Assembly: GCF_964355755.1 (NCBI RefSeq) | Contig: NC_092678.1 | Location: 1,814,422 to 1,878,421 of the forward strand | Origin: Antedon mediterranea | Taxonomy: Eukaryota; Animalia; Echinodermata | Length of the DNA: 64,000 nt | Reading direction: 5' to 3' | Shown here: positions 34,505 through 64,000 of the stretch, one piece after another | How the letters are laid out: each line of letters begins with the position of its first letter | Position numbering within the stretch: position 1 is the first letter of the stretch | Translations under genes and position numbers: made by a program | Notes under the pieces: model-generated | Seen by the model: only the letters and a program-made list of their open reading frames with translations | The model's database searches: none | Told to the model about the DNA's origin: nothing

Positions 34505-35817
34505 ATTTAAATTAAAAGCAGAATGCATTTTGATTTTTTCTCTGATGAAAATCGTTAAAGCGTGCAGATCCTTTGAGGTAGTGAAGCTTTTAAATTCCAT
34601 TGTGCGGTGAAAAGACAACAAAATCATTGAAGCATATCCAATAACTGAGCATGCTCGCAAACCTATTAACTATATTAGCATTGTTGCATACAACTTCTGA
34701 AGTATGCTGTGCAGAGAGGAAATTCCAGATTGCGTAATAGCGGGCACCAGCCACCTGTAGGTATTGTCATTTTTTAGACTACTGTATTTTTTATTTAAGA
34801 TATTTTTTTACACTTAATTTGAACATCATAGTTCAAAGGTTACGTGTGCTTCCATCTGATTGGTGCTCTCGTTGATATAACGTATGCACCAAAACATGGT
34901 TGCAAGTTGTGGACACCTTATATTAATAGGACATAAATACATAAAACAAACAATAGATTATGGGCACAACATTGCTGTAATAATATATTTTGAATATCTT
35001 TTTTTACTAATATTAATAATGTTTAAAGAAATTAAGAATATTTTAAAAACTGATTGCATTAAACCAAAATTAGTATTCATCAAAATCTACAGTCAACAAA
35101 ATTACAGTATTTATTTTTGTTGTAAATATATTTTTGTTAGTATGTTATGTAGGCCTACTGAAATAATTATATTACTGAAATAAAATATTTTGTTTTTAAG
35201 TTAGAAATTGTTAGATTAAATAGTTTTGGTTTGTTTGAGATGAGATAGTTTTATTGACCAAGTAACATTATCAACTTATTAGAGGTTGACCTTTTCACCT
35301 ACTATTTAATTTAAACTATTTTAAACTGAAATAATTATAGATATGCTGTCCTTGTTGTTATATTTAAAAAATTACTGAAATAATATGCTTGTTAAAATGG
35401 ACAGTTTGCTTTTTAGAAAGGATGAAATAAATTTAATTTTAAAGCATTTAATGTGATTCAAGCCAAGCTTGATATAGTATATACTAATGTGAGAAGATAA
35501 ATATTTTGAAAGAATATGTATTAGCTAAAGACTTACAAAATAATAAGAAAAAGTTTATTGGTAAAAATAAAGAGAACATATAATTTAAGATAAATGATAT
35601 TATTATACATAAGTTGTCTTAATTTATATAATATTTGTTTGACTCAATAATAAACATATAGTATACATAAAAAATTATTGATATAATTTTTGTAACTGCA
35701 GATTTCAAAAGTAATCCTAACAATTAAGAAACGATTTATTTCCGCTGTAGCAAAAGATCGAGATAAACCGTATAATCGGAAATCACTACAATTAATGATT
35801 TTACTATTTGTTTACTA

Positions 35818-36003
35818 CAGTCAACTCTCCCAATACCGGACACCTTTGGGCCGGCCAAATAAGTCTGGTTTTCCGGAAAGTCTGGTATTTGGAATGTGTT
35901 TTTAATGGTAAAATTAAATTTGGGACCTTTTGGTCCTCAAAAAAAGTCTGGTATTGGGAGAGTTTCTGGTTTTCAGAGAGTCCGGTATTGGGGGAGTTGA
36001 CTG
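35818..36003. mobile_element. pogo/Tigger-like MITE, 186 bp
   Basis: TIR CAGTCAACTCTCCCAATACCGGAC ... GTCCGGTATTGGGGGAGTTGACTG (1 mismatch), with TA on both sides. Internal repeats of AAAGTCTGGTATT. Confidence 0.88.
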
Positions 36004-36082
36004 TACATGCAATTTGTAAAACGATAAATATATAAACATTTCTAATACTTAAATCAAATTCGTTTTGGAATTTCGCAAGTAT

Positions 36083-49543
<13,461 letters not shown>

Positions 49544-49943
49544 CTTGTTCAGCAGTCGTGAAAGGCAACTTCAGATATTGATACTGTATTCTACATGAAA
49601 GACAGACAGAATGATGATTAAAATTTGGTTTAAAGGTAGTTATTATGACATTCAACATAGAATCTTTAACTTCATAAAGAAAAACTCTCAGAGAATACTA
49701 TTTGATGTAAAAACTGGAAGTTTAACCATCAACTTTTACTAATCAAATTGGTGTATATTTCATTAGTCTAAAAGTGTGTACTTTTGTGCATAAAACAAAG
49801 AAAGAACAACTATAAACGTTGATAAAATACTAATAATAATCGGTAACAAAAGCACTTAAGTGTTTCTGTTTCAATAGCTATGAACACCTCTAATGTGGAC
49901 CCTAAAAAGTTTTAGTAGTATGAAAAGTAGTAGTGTGAAAACA

Positions 49944-50094
49944 TATTAGGCCTATTGTCCCTTGATTTCACAGGAGTGTTCCTTTAATAGGCATGTCCTA
50001 AAAGATGGAGTTTGGTTTATTAGGCCTATTGTCCCTTGATTTCACAGGCGTGTTCCTTTAATAGGCATGTCCTAAAAGATGGAGTTTGGTTTAT
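49944..50094. repeat. 74-bp tandem duplication
   Basis: TATTAGGCCTATTGTCCCTTGATTTCACAGG...GGAGTTTGGTT twice, 1 mismatch. Confidence 0.9.
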
Positions 50095-50145
50095 TTGGTA
50101 GATGTTTATTTACATATTTACCGCTGATCACTAAATATATCTTAC

Positions 50146-50400
50146 CTTTGAATTGCCTTCAGAAGATGCAGAAAGTATATTATATATCTCAGTATTTCAT
50201 TTTCTGTTGAGAGAAATAAGTCCAATGTTCTTGATAGTGTAGTTGTTTATAAAGTATTAAGTTTTTAGCCAATTTTATTAATCTTGGAACTTTTTGGATG
50301 TGCTGGTATGTCTTGGTGGTAATCTTGGCGGCCAAAAGGATCGATTTCAGGCTATATACCTTCACTGCTGGTATTTGAAAGGTAACACTATCCTTTACAT
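50146..50400 (-). other. Probable non-coding first exon of paralog B
   Basis: The ATG exon begins at an acceptor (TCTTTCATGTAG| at 49591). A strong donor AAG|GTAAGA lies at 50145 on the minus strand. The 5' boundary is a guess. Confidence 0.4.
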
Positions 50401-50665
50401 ACAAACTTACAGGTACCTTTCTCGTGGTTTTTAATAACGACAACGCATATGCACTTTGCAAAATAATAAAAATTATTCAATAGAAATAGTCTTTTGTTTT
50501 GTTTAGATGCATTGTATGTCTTGAATTTATCATAATTATTTTATAGAGAAGCTTTGCAATTTTAAATAGTAAATTGTCATAGATAGTCTTATTGGCGGCA
50601 GAATAATAATTATGATTGTGTTGTATGATTTGTTTACCTTGAATCATGGGTTCAATTATATTATA

Positions 50666-50805
50666 AAGCTCTGTCTACACTTTCAAACTAATTTGACAAA
50701 AAAAGTGTGATGTGCCAAATATGGTTGTGATATGACATCATCATGTCCATATATGGGCACATCACAATTTTTGTCACATAAAGTTTGATAGCGTAGACAG
50801 AGCTT
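50666..50805. mobile_element. Palindromic MITE (family also at ~23977-24104 and partial at ~43078)
   Basis: TAAAGCTCTGTCTACAC ... GCGTAGACAGAGCTTTA ends with internal arms TGACAAAAAAAGTGTGATGTGCC / GGCACATCACAATTTTTGTCA. A homologous copy lies in an intron of paralog A. Confidence 0.75.
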
Positions 50806-51215
50806 TATTCGATTTTTTTGTCTTGCATAATTGCACACATCGGCTAAACCAATATTGTAATACTATAAGTAATATAATACTTGGAGTAAAGTATTGTTAC
50901 AAGTGCTGCTAATTTTTGTGTATTTATGAACGATTTTTAGATTTTTTTTTTTGTTTGATATTTGTGTATATATTTGATTGAATAGCTATACCGGTCTTAC
51001 TGTGCTACTCAGTATTAGGGTAACACTGGTTCTTAACCATAGGGCTTTTGTTCCCTTATCTGTTTGTTCCCACTTATTTTGTAGTTTTGTTTGTTTATGA
51101 TGTTTTATGCAATAAAGAATAATACAAATGAGTCGGAACGATTTTTAGATTTTTCTTGTTGATATTATTTGATATATTTGATTGAAATGCTGTATTTATC
51201 TTAATGTTCTACTCA

Positions 51216-51525
51216 GTACGTTGGTAACACTGGCTTTTAGCCATCGGTACGTTGGTAACACTGGCTTTTAGCCATCGGTACGTTGGTAACACTGGCTTTT
51301 AGCCATCGGTACGTTGGTAACACTGGCTTTTAGCCATCGGTACGTTGGTAACACTGGCTTTTAGCCATCGGTACGTTGGTAACACTGGCTTTTAGCCATC
51401 GGTACGTTGGTAACACTGGCTTTTAGCCATCGGTACGTTGGTAACACTGGCTTTTAGCCATCGGTACGTTGGTAACACTGGCTTTTAGCCATCGGTACGT
51501 TGGTAACACTGGCTTTTAGCCATCG
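51216..51525. repeat. Perfect 31-bp minisatellite, 10 copies
   Basis: GTACGTTGGTAACACTGGCTTTTAGCCATCG repeated with no spacers. Confidence 0.95.
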
Positions 51526-52674
51526 GGATTTATTTCCCTTTGTGTTTCCTGCCACTTATTTTGTAGCTGTTGTTTATGACAGTATCTCTCTTTGGAATTT
51601 TAATCGTACCTATTCTGTCAAACAATACACTACCTAATCTACAGTATACACAATAACCATACAATATGCATTGAGAAAGAAAAACCAATTAGAGACAAAA
51701 TAATAGCATTTTCAAATTTTAAATAAATCTTAATTTTGGGTAATTATTGCTAGCCCTAGTGGAGGGTTCTGTTGTTTTCTGCCATCCATCAACGTGGATG
51801 CAAGGTGTGTCCTTTGAGTGTTACCGAAAGGTGACAAACATGGTGGCACGTACTACTGTACATTTTAACTATTACCCGACATAACCAACAATTTAAAAAA
51901 GCCTAAATCATCAATAAACATAAAAATAAACCTCAAACAAGTATAGGAAAATAAATACCACTAGTACTTGGTTTATCTGTTTTTGGTGTCGTAAATATTA
52001 ATATAATCATCGGAACATCATCGTAATGTCCACTTCCATATAATAATCTCTTAGTTTCAATTACATTTATCTATTAACTTTACGTATTATACCTGAATAT
52101 ACCTTGATCTTGAGACATTTGAAGCTGTGCCTGTGTGTCCCTCGATGAGTAAAATATTAACCAGAATACTTCATAATGGTGGTCAGAACATGATTCTCCA
52201 AACCAGCTTTCAATTAATTAAGGTTGACTCATAAACAGATGCGAGAAGTGGGTTCATCATTATAGTTTTCACAGAAAAACATTATGTATCATATTTTTTT
52301 ATGAATTAATAATTAATTAGATTTTTAATAGCCCTATTTCTATCATTATTCTAGGTAATTTTATAGGTTATATTATAATAGCTTATATGTTTAAAAACCT
52401 TGTAATAGTCTATTGTCCCAAGGCCTAAATTAATAAAATATATATTTGCCCAGGCCATCTGTAATAGGCTATAACAAATATTCAATTGCATTTTAAAAAT
52501 ATTACACTGTTTGAATCATAATATTAATATTGCACTTGCACTTAATAGTGCTGTTCTGTCTTTTGATTGGCTTGCAGTCGAAACGGGGTGAAATTAATTC
52601 TGTTTAAGATCGCCAGTTTTGTCATCACCTATGTTAGGCAATCACAGAAATGAACATTGGCGGCAGTTGTGTAT

Positions 52675-64000
<11,326 letters not shown>

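Noticed and set aside
34505-36082. SUR2A/SUR2B-style alternative last exon, or an adjacent Kir6 gene
   Set aside because: No second HRV...-type exon on the plus strand and no Kir-like ORF between the convergent genes.
51216-51525. CRISPR-like array (31-bp repeat with internal hairpin)
   Set aside because: Units are contiguous with no spacers, there are no cas genes, the context is eukaryotic and the single-copy progenitor is visible nearby.

Overview
AT-rich, intron-rich animal genomic DNA, most likely an invertebrate deuterostome (echinoderm-like; inferred from a Deu/Nin-domain SINE and frequent TAGGCCTA). It contains four spliced genes. The first is a 16-coding-exon CNBD2-like cyclic-nucleotide-binding gene (+, 4005-10917). 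The other three form a cluster of sulfonylurea-receptor-like ABCC genes (ABCC8/ABCC9 family): paralog A (+, 13595-34504, 29 coding exons, about 1585 aa), paralog B (-, 49543-36083, 31 coding exons, tail-to-tail with A) and paralog C (-, >64000-52675, 5' part outside the window). All reading frames I could trace are intact. The first coding intron of A holds a nest of transposons: a 3.4-kb Sola2-type DNA transposon with ~0.95-kb TIRs and a decayed transposase, a Tc2/pogo-type MITE and a possible Helitron shell. Many MITEs, SINEs and minisatellites are scattered through the window. I see no prokaryotic-type system such as CRISPR. The best candidates for new biology are: (i) paralogs B and C have jointly lost the conserved charged/aromatic cavity residues of TM16-TM17, suggesting a neofunctionalised SUR clade; (ii) a tandemly amplified 5' splice site in A; (iii) two precise 3' intron losses in A; (iv) unusual TMD1-NBD1 linker motifs; (v) sharp clustering of TAGGCCTA palindromes. 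Exon coordinates were read by eye (about +/-2 nt), and vertebrate residue numbers are from memory.
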